Shown in pieces: positions 19,696 through 29,330 of a stretch of DNA of 64,000 nucleotides. The position numbers were made by a program, and so were the translations under genes. Each line of letters begins with the position of its first letter. Position 1 is the first letter of the stretch. The notes beneath the pieces were generated by a model that was not told where the DNA came from, did not search any database, and was given only the letters and a program-made list of their open reading frames with translations. The stretch is from Candidatus Bathyarchaeia archaeon (GTDB lineage: Archaea; Thermoproteota; Bathyarchaeia; Bathyarchaeales; Bathycorpusculaceae), in assembly GCA_038883795.1 (NCBI GenBank), contig JAVZLK010000001.1, positions 96,001-160,000 on the forward strand, written 5' to 3'.

Positions 19696-20310
19696 TTACA
19701 AGGGAACAAACCGCTTTGTCGGATTTTCTTTAAGCACTATTTCCAATTCTTGCAAAGAAAGACCAGTAATCTCATCCCCGTATATATCACATTTCATTTT
19801 ACCATGAGCCTCTTCGGGGCTTCGAACAATACCTTCGAATTTTTCTCCACTTGAAGATTCACAATATATGTGAAAGAATGTCAGTTTCCTTCCTTTTTCA
19901 GTTATGCTTGTCCATTCAGTTTTTACTATTTGGAAGTTGTTTTGTTCCAGTGTTTTTGCGATAGTTTTCGGCTCATCATGATACACTATTATGTCTATGT
20001 CGCTTTGGCGGCGTGCTGTTCCACGCCAAACACTACCAACAAGAAAAGGCTTGTAAGCTTTCAATATTTTCATTAGCTTTAAAGCTTCTTTTCGTCTTTG
20101 AATCAAACGTTCTTCTCTTGACTTGCCTTCGATTTCGTCCGCTATTTTGTCAAGTTCTCTTGCAACTTCGAGGTTTGTTGGAAGAAACTTAACCCCAAGC
20201 GTTTTTGCAGCCTTCATTTTTGCTTGCTTATATTCCTTTTCAATGCCAAAATAAAGAAGGCTAGCGGCTTCCCTTGCAACCTTCGTTCTTAACTCTTTAG
20301 AACTTTTCAA
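19696..20310 (-). CDS. Nucleotidyltransferase (Pol-beta superfamily) domain protein
   Basis: VGSVWRGTARRQSDIDI motif; N-terminal AREAA...EYKQAK. Confidence 0.8.
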   Translation of the reverse strand: MKSSKELRTKVAREAASLLYFGIEKEYKQAKMKAAKTLGVKFLPTNLEVARELDKIADEIEGKSREERLIQRRKEALKLMKILKAYKPFLVGSVWRGTARRQSDIDIIVYHDEPKTIAKTLEQNNFQIVKTEWTSITEKGRKLTFFHIYCESSSGEKFEGIVRSPEEAHGKMKCDIYGDEITGLSLQELEIVLKENPTKRFVPL

Positions 20311-20332
20311 AGGCTAACCCATAAAAGCGAGT

Positions 20333-21592
20333 TTAACGTTTGATTATTTGCTCGTATAATTCTATTGTTTTTTGTGCAGCCTTATCCCATGTAAACTCGT
20401 TTAAAACCCTTTTTCTGCCATTGTTTCCAAGCCATTTAGCTTTTTCAGGATTTTCCAGAGCGCTTGTTATTCCCCAGGCTATGTCTGCTGGATTGTTTGG
20501 ATTTATGTGAAAACCGCATTGTTCTTCGCCGCAAGGAACGACTATTTCTCGCATTCCACTTACACCTGCTGCGCCGACAACAACTGGGCGTTTCATGCTC
20601 ATGGCTTCGAGGGCTACGATTCCGAATGGTTCGTAGAGGCTTGGAAAGACTGCGACATCACAAGCGGCATAGTGGAGTATGCGCTCTTCTTCTGGGACAA
20701 AGTCGAAGTTAAACTTTACAAAGCCATTCAACCTTATGGTTTTAACCAAATTAACCAAGTAATCTTGCAAATCGCCAATACCCACTATGACTAGTTTTGC
20801 TTTTGGTATTTTCTGCAAAACGTGGGGCATAGCCATTATCAGTTTATCAACGCCTTTAACGCCCACAAGCCTCCCGAGAAAAAGAATCATAGGTTCGTCG
20901 TCCTTTATTCCATAAAAATCCCTTATCTTCTTAACCTGCTCCGCACTCACGTTTTCCGGATTATACTTTTGCGGATCAACACCGTTGTAGCACACTTGAA
21001 TTTTGTCTTTTGGAAAACCAAGTTTTGTAAGCTCATCCTTCATGGCATAAGAGACGGTTATGATTAAATCGGCTGCCTTGGCGCCGTGAAGCTCAATGTT
21101 ACTTACAACTTCTGAACCATTTCCAAGGGTTCGCCCTTTTTCAGTAGAATGCACATGAAAAGCAAAGGGCAGCCCAACCTCTTTTTTGATGGTTATCCCG
21201 CTTATGGCTGAGAGCCAATCATGCGCAATCACAATGTCATATTTGAAATTCTCTTTTTTAATTAGTTCATTAACGAGTTTTGAAGCGCTCAAATAGTTGT
21301 AAACGAGAATTTTGGAGAAAAGCTGAATGCCTCTGCCCCATTTTTTAACATCCTCTGCAAGAACATCAGGCAGAGAATCGGAAATGTCAATGTGTAAGGG
21401 ACGGTGGATTTCTATTCCCCGCCAGATTTCCCTTGTTGGAAGACTACCTTCGTCATCATTCATTGTAAAAACTGTCACGTCATGATCCATTAAAACAAAC
21501 TTTCTTGTAATTTCAGCAGCATAAGTTCCTAATCCACCAACAATTTTTGGCGGATACTCGTAAACCAGCACAGCCATTTTCATTTGTTTCAC
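20333..21592 (-). CDS. GT4 glycosyltransferase (glycogen-synthase-like)
   Basis: EYPPKIVGGLG, AHDWL, HVHSTE, GRLVGVKG and PSLYEPFGIVALEAM. Confidence 0.88.
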   Translation of the reverse strand: MKQMKMAVLVYEYPPKIVGGLGTYAAEITRKFVLMDHDVTVFTMNDDEGSLPTREIWRGIEIHRPLHIDISDSLPDVLAEDVKKWGRGIQLFSKILVYNYLSASKLVNELIKKENFKYDIVIAHDWLSAISGITIKKEVGLPFAFHVHSTEKGRTLGNGSEVVSNIELHGAKAADLIITVSYAMKDELTKLGFPKDKIQVCYNGVDPQKYNPENVSAEQVKKIRDFYGIKDDEPMILFLGRLVGVKGVDKLIMAMPHVLQKIPKAKLVIVGIGDLQDYLVNLVKTIRLNGFVKFNFDFVPEEERILHYAACDVAVFPSLYEPFGIVALEAMSMKRPVVVGAAGVSGMREIVVPCGEEQCGFHINPNNPADIAWGITSALENPEKAKWLGNNGRKRVLNEFTWDKAAQKTIELYEQIIKR

Positions 21593-21667
21593 CGTCTTTC
21601 TTTAGGTTAATAGTGCTCTATGCTTACTAACCAACTGCTTATTTACTTTCCTCATAAATTTGAGAAA

Positions 21668-22300
21668 CTAAACTGTTGCGGTGAGTATCCAGCGGCTTGA
21701 AAGTTTTCCTTCAACTTCTCGCTCCTGCAATTCCACTTTAATGATGCGGAAGTCTTTAAGAAGATATCTTATTTCCTCTTCATCACTAAAATGGTGAAGA
21801 ATACCCTTCTCTGCGCCTTCCTTGTCAATAAAAGTGTCTTCTTCCACTTTCTCGCCCATACCATATCTGTAGGTCCTCTTTGACAAAAGGTTGACGAGAA
21901 GAAAACCCTTTTTCTTTAAAATTCTTTGAATTTCAGAAAGCGTTTCTTGCATATCCTTGAATTTTTGATGATAAAGGGTGTGGAGACATATTACAGTGTC
22001 AAAGCAGGAATTAATGTAAGGCAAGAATTTCATGTGGCACTTTATGATCTGGGCTTCTAGGTTTTGTTTTTTGAGCCTTTGTTTCGTGGTGTTTAATCCG
22101 GTTTCTGAAATGTCTATTCCATGAGTTTCGAATCCTTGGTTTGCCATATAAATCAGATGCCTTCCAGCGCCACATCCAAGGTCGAGCACACGTCCGTCTC
22201 TCTTCTTTGTCTTTAGAAGGGCGGCAAAATTAACCACTAGTTCATCGGGGTCTTCTGGGCTGTATCTTTTTTCTTGTAATATTCTGTTCCATTTGGTCAT
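21668..22300 (-). CDS. Class I SAM-dependent methyltransferase
   Basis: VLDLGCGAGRH, GIDIS and FDTVIC. Confidence 0.88.
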   Translation of the reverse strand: MTKWNRILQEKRYSPEDPDELVVNFAALLKTKKRDGRVLDLGCGAGRHLIYMANQGFETHGIDISETGLNTTKQRLKKQNLEAQIIKCHMKFLPYINSCFDTVICLHTLYHQKFKDMQETLSEIQRILKKKGFLLVNLLSKRTYRYGMGEKVEEDTFIDKEGAEKGILHHFSDEEEIRYLLKDFRIIKVELQEREVEGKLSSRWILTATV

Positions 22301-22391
22301 TAACTTTCCCGTTTAAATCTCTATTGCTTATAGGAAATATGAAAAATCTATTAAATAACATATTTGTAAATTAAAAGAGGAGTGCAACAAA

Positions 22392-22946
22392 ATGAGTATT
22401 TCACCCGTTAAAAGGTTAATTCTTGAAACTATGTGGATGCTTAACAAGCCGGCTAAGGCTTCTGAAATAGCGAAGGAGGCTGGTTTGGGTTTTCCGTCTG
22501 TTATGATGCACGTAATTGGACTTACCCGCATGGGATATGCCGAATCCAATGAAAAGGGATACTATTCCATAACAGAAAAGGGCAAGAGAGCACTTGGTTT
22601 TCCAGAAATAAGTAAAGAAAAAGCTGAAGAAATTTTGGCTTATTTGCCAATGGAAAAGGCATTCCACTTTTACGCAGACATCGGAAAACCATTAAACATT
22701 CACGCTGCAAGCCTCCAAGACTTCTGCGACAAAATTTCCAAAATTGATATTGGATCTTTGGAGTTTCATCTTCACCGTGGAGATTTTGAGGCATGGTTCA
22801 TGGGGTTGGGCGACGTGGAGCTGGCAAGAAAAACACTTCTTCTAAAAGAACAGAAAATTTTTGGTGAGCAAATTCGCATAAGGCTTCATGAAATTGTGAA
22901 AAATCGATGCGAAGAGCTAGCAAAAATCAGAAAGCAGCGCACTTAA
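22392..22946 (+). CDS. Winged-helix protein fused to a DUF5752-like domain
   Basis: N-terminal wHTH (KASEIAKE...GYYSITEKG); C-terminal KAFHFY...SLEFHLHRGDFEAW. Confidence 0.7.
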   Translation: MSISPVKRLILETMWMLNKPAKASEIAKEAGLGFPSVMMHVIGLTRMGYAESNEKGYYSITEKGKRALGFPEISKEKAEEILAYLPMEKAFHFYADIGKPLNIHAASLQDFCDKISKIDIGSLEFHLHRGDFEAWFMGLGDVELARKTLLLKEQKIFGEQIRIRLHEIVKNRCEELAKIRKQRT

Positions 22947-22964
22947 CCAAATAGGTTTGAAACT

Positions 22965-24095
22965 TTAGGCTGGCTTAAAGCGTCCCTTAAGTTTCTCTAG
23001 AATCTGCTGTAAAGTAGTATATTCCATCTCCTCCGGACCCAAACGGGCAGGCTCAAACTCGCCCATACGCCTAAGCATAGAAGCATATTTCAATGCCTCC
23101 TTTCTAGCTAAAGCGAAAGCTGGATCATCAAACAAATCAGCTATCATGGGTTTTCCATCGTCACCGCTTGCAATTTTCCCATTTGAAACTTGAAAACCTA
23201 AGGCAACAATCCTTGGAGGACCATCAAAAAGCGTGCACTTTGCATCCTTTAAGCCTACGGGCATAATAGGTCCCCAGTGGCTTCCTCGCATCCATCCCTC
23301 AACAAGATAGCTATGCATGAAAGGCGCAAGAATTTCACCAACGGCTGGCAGTCCATGCTGGGCTCGTATGATCATGACTGGATCGTCTTTTCCAACATAT
23401 TTTCCAGCAATCTGCGAAAGCCTTGTTACGCTGCCCACAGCACATATTAGGTCGTCTCGTGCCCGCCAAACACGGGAAATCATGTAACGCTGAACTGTTC
23501 CAATCAAGGCGATTAACTCATACATTTCTTCTGGACATTTAAGCACGACACTCTTGTTTTCGATGGTGTCCAAAACTTCAAATTTGAAGCCCCCCGCCAT
23601 ATTGGGGTCTATCACTAACCCCGCTGTATTCATGGGATCAGCAAAAATGCGGAACAGCGGAAAGTTAAAGGCTCCACCGGAAGTTTTGTCAGCGGCAAAA
23701 ACAACTATGGGGTCGGAGCCTCTCTCTTCTATTTCCATTTCGGCAACACCGGGACCCATTCCGCGGACGTTCCCGCTGAAGGCTGTTTTTAATAGGTCTT
23801 GTCCAGCACCATACAACTTCAGTTCCAAAGCCTTATCCGCTGCTTCTCGAAAAGTATCCCAAGCGATTTTATGGATTTCAGGGTTGGATTCGCCCCTTTC
23901 ATGCACCATAAGCAGCTGCAAATCATCTCCCACATTGAAAACATAATAACTATTTATCAGACCAGCTTCTTTCATTGCCTTAAGATTTTTCTCGGCAATA
24001 TTTAGAAGCGGTTTTGGAACAACATGATGACCAGCTAAAGAACCCACATCACACTTGATTAGGGAAACTGTGGTTTTCTTGGGCATATAAATCAC
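22965..24095 (-). CDS. fbp: Fructose-1,6-bisphosphate aldolase/phosphatase (class V FBPase)
   Basis: SLIKCDVGS, GDDLQL, LYGAGQDLL, ADKT, YVGKDDPV, GWMRGSH and MEYTT. Confidence 0.93.
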   Translation of the reverse strand: MIYMPKKTTVSLIKCDVGSLAGHHVVPKPLLNIAEKNLKAMKEAGLINSYYVFNVGDDLQLLMVHERGESNPEIHKIAWDTFREAADKALELKLYGAGQDLLKTAFSGNVRGMGPGVAEMEIEERGSDPIVVFAADKTSGGAFNFPLFRIFADPMNTAGLVIDPNMAGGFKFEVLDTIENKSVVLKCPEEMYELIALIGTVQRYMISRVWRARDDLICAVGSVTRLSQIAGKYVGKDDPVMIIRAQHGLPAVGEILAPFMHSYLVEGWMRGSHWGPIMPVGLKDAKCTLFDGPPRIVALGFQVSNGKIASGDDGKPMIADLFDDPAFALARKEALKYASMLRRMGEFEPARLGPEEMEYTTLQQILEKLKGRFKPA

Positions 24096-24211
24096 TTAAC
24101 CAAGTTTCGGTTTAGAGTTAGACTACAGCTTTTAAAAGACTTGCGAAAGAAAACCCACAAATAAATCATACAATAATAAAAGTTCAATAAAGCAAACAAG
24201 AAGGGGTTCTT

Positions 24212-24712
24212 GTGGAGAAGTTAAGGGTTATCTCTGTAAAAATACCAGAAGAAGTCTACAAAGAAATGCTTTTACGGGTTCCGGAAGGAGAAAGAAGCAA
24301 TTTTATTCGCGACGCCATCACCGAAAAACTTCAAAAAATACCGAGACCAGATAAAATTCTTGAGTTAGAACAAAGACTGGAAAAGGTGGAGAGGGAATTT
24401 TCGGAAATAAGGAAGTATCTTGCAGATTTAGAATTACTCACCTATGAAAAGGGGAAAACAAATCCCCACGCATTTTGTACAGATGAAACAGACCAAAAAA
24501 TTATAGACTACCTCCTCCACTACAAAGGCGCCACAACACCAGAACTGGCAGAGTACCTTAAAACAAACAGATGGCTAATCCTAAACAGACTTAGAAAAAT
24601 AGAAAAAACCTCAAGAAAACAGCTTGGAAAACCCATAATAGAATATTACGCAGGAGAAAAATCTGGTAAGAAAAAAGCGTGGTGGATAAACGAAGAACTA
24701 ATCGAGACATAA
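24212..24712 (+). CDS. Ribbon-helix-helix + coiled coil + winged-helix regulator
   Basis: RVISVKIPEEVY...RSNFIRDAITEKL (RHH); DQKIIDYL...TTPELAEYLKTNRWLILNRLRK (HTH). Confidence 0.7.
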   Translation: MEKLRVISVKIPEEVYKEMLLRVPEGERSNFIRDAITEKLQKIPRPDKILELEQRLEKVEREFSEIRKYLADLELLTYEKGKTNPHAFCTDETDQKIIDYLLHYKGATTPELAEYLKTNRWLILNRLRKIEKTSRKQLGKPIIEYYAGEKSGKKKAWWINEELIET

Positions 24713-24748
24713 CAACTAATTTTAGACACCACAACCTATTTCACAGAT

Positions 24749-24876
24749 GGGCCCGTAGCCCAGTATGGATTAAGGCGCCGAACACACTCTATACCATAGT
24801 GTGTGCGCAAGCCTCCGGACGCTTTGAAAAGGAAGAGAGCCGGAGAACAGGGGTTCAAATCCCCTCGGGCCCGCCA
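24749..24876 (+). tRNA. tRNA-Arg(CCG) with two introns (29/30 at 24781-24810; 37/38 at 24819-24837), CCA encoded
   Basis: Acceptor GGGCCCG/CGGGCCC-GCCA; T arm AGGGG-TTCAAAT-CCCCT; removing both inserts gives CCGGC-CT-CCG-GA-GCCGG. Confidence 0.85.
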
Positions 24877-24906
24877 AAATTTCCGTAATTCAGATGTCGG
24901 TAATAG

Positions 24907-25443
24907 TCAAGGGGATAACTTGTTAAGGACGTGGCTTTCAATGTTGTCTTCATCAATTTTGAAGGTTTCTGGTTCCTCTATTTTTAATATAGCCCTCAAG
25001 GCTTCTGGTTCAAGCCCTCGCACAAGCTTAAGGACTTCTTTTTTAGCTGATTCCAAATGTTTTTTGAGTATTTCGCCATTTTTGTGGAGAACGCCGGCGA
25101 GGGGGCATATTTTTTCCATTTTAAGATACCACTCTATTTTTCGGGTTTGCTTGTTTATGTCAAAGGTTATTGGTCCAGCCACGCAAGTTTCTGGTTTCAC
25201 TGGGTGAATTTTGCATTTTCTTGTTTGCCTATCATAAAATATGCAGTATCCTTCCGCATCTTCTCTTGGAAAAGTGTATGCTGTTTTTGCAAATGGATTT
25301 TGAATGGGGATCTTCTGCTCTTTTAGGTATTTTTCAATAATTTTTTTGCGTTCGCTTGTTATTGGAGGTCTCGCATTTTGGCAACAGCTAATTTTGCAAT
25401 TGGCGCAAACGTTAAAGAAATCCTCTTGCCTTTTGTTCGTCAT
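24907..25443 (-). CDS. YkgJ-family CxxCxxCC cysteine-cluster protein
   Basis: CANCKISCC, GYCIFYD, CKIHPVKPETC and ICPLA. Confidence 0.85.
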   Translation of the reverse strand: MTNKRQEDFFNVCANCKISCCQNARPPITSERKKIIEKYLKEQKIPIQNPFAKTAYTFPREDAEGYCIFYDRQTRKCKIHPVKPETCVAGPITFDINKQTRKIEWYLKMEKICPLAGVLHKNGEILKKHLESAKKEVLKLVRGLEPEALRAILKIEEPETFKIDEDNIESHVLNKLSP

Positions 25444-25462
25444 AGCGAATTTTCTCCAAACT

Positions 25463-26671
25463 TTAGAAGTAAGGCTGATTCTTCATAAGGCTTTCCACAA
25501 GGCTTGAGTAAATGCTTACGATGGCTTCTTTCAAATCTGTCTTTTGCACTTTTCTTTGAACCCTCTCCCTTATAATTTCAGAAAGGTTGCCGCTTTCAAT
25601 TCTCTTCCGTATCAGAGGAAGGTATTTCTTTTCCTGTTTTGAAGCGTTTTCCCAAGCAATTTTGAAAAAGTGCTCGCACACTCGCTTAGCAGTTTTTCCC
25701 TTCGGATGCAAAACACTTACATTTAATCCTTCAGCTATGACAGAGTTAAAGTCTTTCACAAGAATTTCATGGGGCAAAAGGTTAGGTTCGCTCTTCATCA
25801 GCCCTCTTAATAACGCCCTTAAAAAGCAACTTAGGGCAACATCTGATTTGACGCATTCCTGCTCGTCCATGATCCTTATTTCGATGGCTTTTCTGTCAAA
25901 CCGGAAAATTGCTCCGCGGGAGTTAACCCAGTCTTTGTGGAGAAGGCATTTGTCCACGCCTTTTCGGGCTAATTCCATGGAGTATCTTTCTATAATTTCT
26001 TTCTTATACTGAGCGAAAGAGAATATGTATTCGGGAATTACGTCTCCAGTTATCGAATTTACTTCCTTCTGATTTGTCATGTAAAAATGTAATCGGTTAT
26101 CCACGTATGCGCCAAATTTTCCTTCATAAATGGGCGAGGCCGCTGAAATTGCCGGCAGATACGCACAAACTTCTGCAAGAATATTATGCATCAAAACAGC
26201 CTTTTTCTCATTAAAGTATGGGATGTTTAGTTGGAAGCTTTGAATGTTAAGCCACCCGTGCTGTTTAAGGTTGAAGACTTTGCTGTATGCCTGGTAAATC
26301 TGTCTGTGGCGGTGAGGCCAAATCATAGTTTCTTCAAGCGTGAGCAGTGGGTGCATTCCTGTTCCGAGGAGAGATGCTCCATATTTGCTTTCTAAAAAGT
26401 CTGCAATGGTTAAAACTGCTTCGTGCATTTTTTCTTCGAAGGTTTCAGGCGATCTGAATGGCATGTTGGGTTTGATTTCCATAACGTGTAATTGAAGTTC
26501 TTTTCCAAAAGTGAAGTTGGGTTGCTCCACAAAGTTTACAATGCGTCCACGAAAATCTTTAATGATTTTATCCACTATTGGTAACGCTTTTAATTCTTCG
26601 TTGACTATTGAAAATTCGTGTTCTGGACCCAAGACTTCCAGGGTTTTGTACGTATACTGTTCCTCTTTCAT
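25463..26671 (-). CDS. Glutamate-cysteine ligase family 2 (GCS2) carboxylate-amine ligase
   Basis: GPEHEF, ELQLHVMEIK, GTGMHP, HGWLNIQS and NSRGAIFRFDRKAIEIRIMDEQEC. Confidence 0.85.
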   Translation of the reverse strand: MKEEQYTYKTLEVLGPEHEFSIVNEELKALPIVDKIIKDFRGRIVNFVEQPNFTFGKELQLHVMEIKPNMPFRSPETFEEKMHEAVLTIADFLESKYGASLLGTGMHPLLTLEETMIWPHRHRQIYQAYSKVFNLKQHGWLNIQSFQLNIPYFNEKKAVLMHNILAEVCAYLPAISAASPIYEGKFGAYVDNRLHFYMTNQKEVNSITGDVIPEYIFSFAQYKKEIIERYSMELARKGVDKCLLHKDWVNSRGAIFRFDRKAIEIRIMDEQECVKSDVALSCFLRALLRGLMKSEPNLLPHEILVKDFNSVIAEGLNVSVLHPKGKTAKRVCEHFFKIAWENASKQEKKYLPLIRKRIESGNLSEIIRERVQRKVQKTDLKEAIVSIYSSLVESLMKNQPYF

Positions 26672-26764
26672 TATATTTGGTTCTGAAATTGGGATATAAG
26701 AATACAGTTAATTTTAAATATGACTGGTGCAATACCGAGCATTCAATAATCTGGTGTTACATGC

Positions 26765-27457
26765 GTGTTGGTCGTATCAAACATCGACCTAACAACAAAC
26801 TTACCCATTATGAAACCGTCGACCTTCCTCGAATCTTCGATTAAAGACTTTACTCTCAACATAAACAATGATTATAGGTATTTAAAAACCGGATATTACG
26901 TGTCTTTACACGCAGAAGTTTTGGGCAATCCTGTTATTCCACCAAGCGAAAACATTCTAGACGCTTATAGAACGCCTCTTTTTCTGCTTAGGGCTTCAAA
27001 GGCTGGAATTCCAACGATTCCCTACATCGTAACGGATTCGGTGAAGCAAATAATTTCCCAACTTAATTTTCCAGTTGTTGTTTTTGCTGTTAATCCATTC
27101 TCCTTTGATGGATACAAGATTGCAAGAAATAGAAGCGCCCTTTACAGAGCCATGAAAAGTTTGGGTATGAACTACAAATTTGATGTTTGTGTGCAACCCT
27201 TGAGGGGAGTTATGCTCTCATTTAAGTCTATTTTCGGAAAATGCGATTTAGAAGAGGATGTGCAGAGGATTGCGGCTAAAGTTTATGAAGTGTTTAAGAT
27301 ACCCATTTGCAAATTGCATGTTCAGCGCACTGAAAATGGCGTGTATTTGTGTGGGCTTCAACCATTAAAGAGGGAAGAAATATCCTCACAAGATTTGAGG
27401 ATGATATCCGCGGAAGTTTCTCGAATTTTTAATAATGGTGACCACCTAATTGTCTAG
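26765..27457 (+). CDS. RimK-like ATP-grasp N-terminal (RLAN) domain protein
   Basis: LNINNDYRYLKTGYYVSLHAEVLGNPVIP matches the RLAN motif. Confidence 0.75.
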   Translation: MLVVSNIDLTTNLPIMKPSTFLESSIKDFTLNINNDYRYLKTGYYVSLHAEVLGNPVIPPSENILDAYRTPLFLLRASKAGIPTIPYIVTDSVKQIISQLNFPVVVFAVNPFSFDGYKIARNRSALYRAMKSLGMNYKFDVCVQPLRGVMLSFKSIFGKCDLEEDVQRIAAKVYEVFKIPICKLHVQRTENGVYLCGLQPLKREEISSQDLRMISAEVSRIFNNGDHLIV

Positions 27458-28328
27458 AATAGCATGTTTTGTTGAAAGATACAATTTTTCCGATCCGAAA
27501 GAGGCAATGGCACTCCAGAATTTCAGAAGAACAGCGGAGAAAATGGGTCACACCTTTAACTTCTTATTTAGGGAACACTTACAAGAAATTCCGACATATG
27601 ATGCAGTTTTTATCAGAGCTACAACCGATCCGCTTTACACTGCATATATAGTTTCGAAAATGGCTTGGGAGATGGGATTAAATGTGGTTGATGATCCAAA
27701 GTCCATACAAATCTGCGGAAACAAAATTCACTTATACTCTCTTTTCAAAAAATATAACGTTCCACATATCCCAACAATTTTCTTAAACAAGGATGAGTTT
27801 CATCACAAACGTATAATGGAAATTTTCAAAACTTTCGGAAGACCAGTTGTAGTGAAGGCACCATACACAAGTTTTTCGAGGTATGTGGAGAAAGCGGCTT
27901 GCGAAACAAGTTTCCGAGAAGTTGCAAAGAGATTTTTCAGAAGATCCGATGTTTTGGCTGTTCAAGAGTTTATGCCAACCGCCTTTGACTGGAGAGTGGG
28001 AGTCTTAAACGGTGAAGTCTTGTATGTCTGTAAGTATATGGTGCCGAAGGGCAGATGGAAACACGGCGCAAAAAGAAGAGGCAAACCAAGCTTTGTTTGG
28101 GGCAGAACCGTGACGCTGAAAAGAGAGAACGCCCCCGCTAAGTTGAAAGAAACAGCTTTGAAAGCGTGCAGTGTTGTTGGGCATGGGCTTTATGGAGTTG
28201 ACATTAAAGAAGTTAATGGCAATTATGTAGTTGTTGAAGTTAACGACAACCCAAGCATTTATGCGGGCAACGAAGACCTAAGAAACAAGGATGTATATGA
28301 AAAAATCATAGCCTACCTAGTTAACTAG
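27450..28328 (+). CDS. RimK-family ATP-grasp ligase
   Basis: DAVFIRATT, CGNKIHL, PVVVKAP, VQEFMPTAFDWRVGVL, LYGVDIK and EVNDNP. Confidence 0.88.
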   Translation: MSRIACFVERYNFSDPKEAMALQNFRRTAEKMGHTFNFLFREHLQEIPTYDAVFIRATTDPLYTAYIVSKMAWEMGLNVVDDPKSIQICGNKIHLYSLFKKYNVPHIPTIFLNKDEFHHKRIMEIFKTFGRPVVVKAPYTSFSRYVEKAACETSFREVAKRFFRRSDVLAVQEFMPTAFDWRVGVLNGEVLYVCKYMVPKGRWKHGAKRRGKPSFVWGRTVTLKRENAPAKLKETALKACSVVGHGLYGVDIKEVNGNYVVVEVNDNPSIYAGNEDLRNKDVYEKIIAYLVN

Positions 28329-28367
28329 TTCGACAGTTATTTATCTTTTACATTACAATCTAGCTGA

Positions 28368-29330
28368 ATGGGGACGAAAGCGATGTTAGAGAAAATTGAG
28401 GATTATAATCTCTTTGATGGTATGTCTGTTAATGACCTTGTTTTGCAGATGGAAAAGGCTTGGGGTTTCACTGCTGGAAAATTGGCTGTAGGCGTTAATA
28501 TTTTAGAAAGGATGGTTAATGATAGCGCATGCGTAAAGTTTCTTTCTTTTACTGGAAATCTTGTGGCTACAGGAACCAGAGGTGCCTTAAGAGAACTAGT
28601 GAAACGAAAGCTTATTGAAATCATAATCACAACTTGCGGAACCCTCGACCACGATATTGCTAGATGCTGGAAAAACTATTATAAGGGTTCATTCTTCATG
28701 GATGACGCCGAACTTCGCAAGAAAAAAATAAACCGTTTGGGAAACGTTCTGGTTCCAAACGAGAGTTATGGAATAATAATTGAAAAGAAAATGCAAGAAC
28801 TTCTCCAAACTTTATGGAATGAAGGCATCAAAGAATTATCAACAAGTCGACTATGTCTTGAAATTGGGAAACGCATATGCAACGAAACCTCCATTCTTTA
28901 TTGGGCAGCTAAAAATAACATACCAGTCTATGTGCCCGGCATAACGGACGGTGCGGTTGGCTATCAGCTTTGGCTTTTTTCGCAAGAGCATGACTTAAAA
29001 ATTGATTTGTTGAAGGATTCAGGCGAACTTAGCGACACTATTTTTACGGCAAAGAAAACAGGAGCATTAATTGTTGGTGGCGGAATTTCAAAGCATCACA
29101 CGCTTTGGTGGAATCAATTCAGAGAAGGATTAGATTATGCGGTTTATGTTTGCACAGCTGATGAGTGGGATGGAAGCCTATCAGGCGCAAGACCAAGAGA
29201 AGCAGTTTCATGGGGTAAGATAAGCCAGAAAGCGGACACTGTTATGGTTGAAGGTGACGCTTCGCTGATTCTTCCAATCATGGTGTGTTCGTTAATAATG
29301 AGGCTTCAGCCTCTTAAGAAACATCTTTGA
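28368..29330 (+). CDS. dys: Deoxyhypusine synthase (canonical archaeal size)
   Basis: SFTGNL, NRLGNV, ITDGAVG, GGGISKHH and DGSLSGARPREAVSWGK. Confidence 0.88.
   Translation: MGTKAMLEKIEDYNLFDGMSVNDLVLQMEKAWGFTAGKLAVGVNILERMVNDSACVKFLSFTGNLVATGTRGALRELVKRKLIEIIITTCGTLDHDIARCWKNYYKGSFFMDDAELRKKKINRLGNVLVPNESYGIIIEKKMQELLQTLWNEGIKELSTSRLCLEIGKRICNETSILYWAAKNNIPVYVPGITDGAVGYQLWLFSQEHDLKIDLLKDSGELSDTIFTAKKTGALIVGGGISKHHTLWWNQFREGLDYAVYVCTADEWDGSLSGARPREAVSWGKISQKADTVMVEGDASLILPIMVCSLIMRLQPLKKHL

Noticed and set aside
19696-20310. MNT antitoxin of an MNT-HEPN pair
   Set aside because: It is larger than a minimal MNT and has no adjacent HEPN gene; the HEPN gene 30 kb away is in a separate islet.
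24679-25207. ORFs 24679-24888 and 24803-25207
   Set aside because: They overlap the intron-containing tRNA and the antisense strand of the YkgJ gene.
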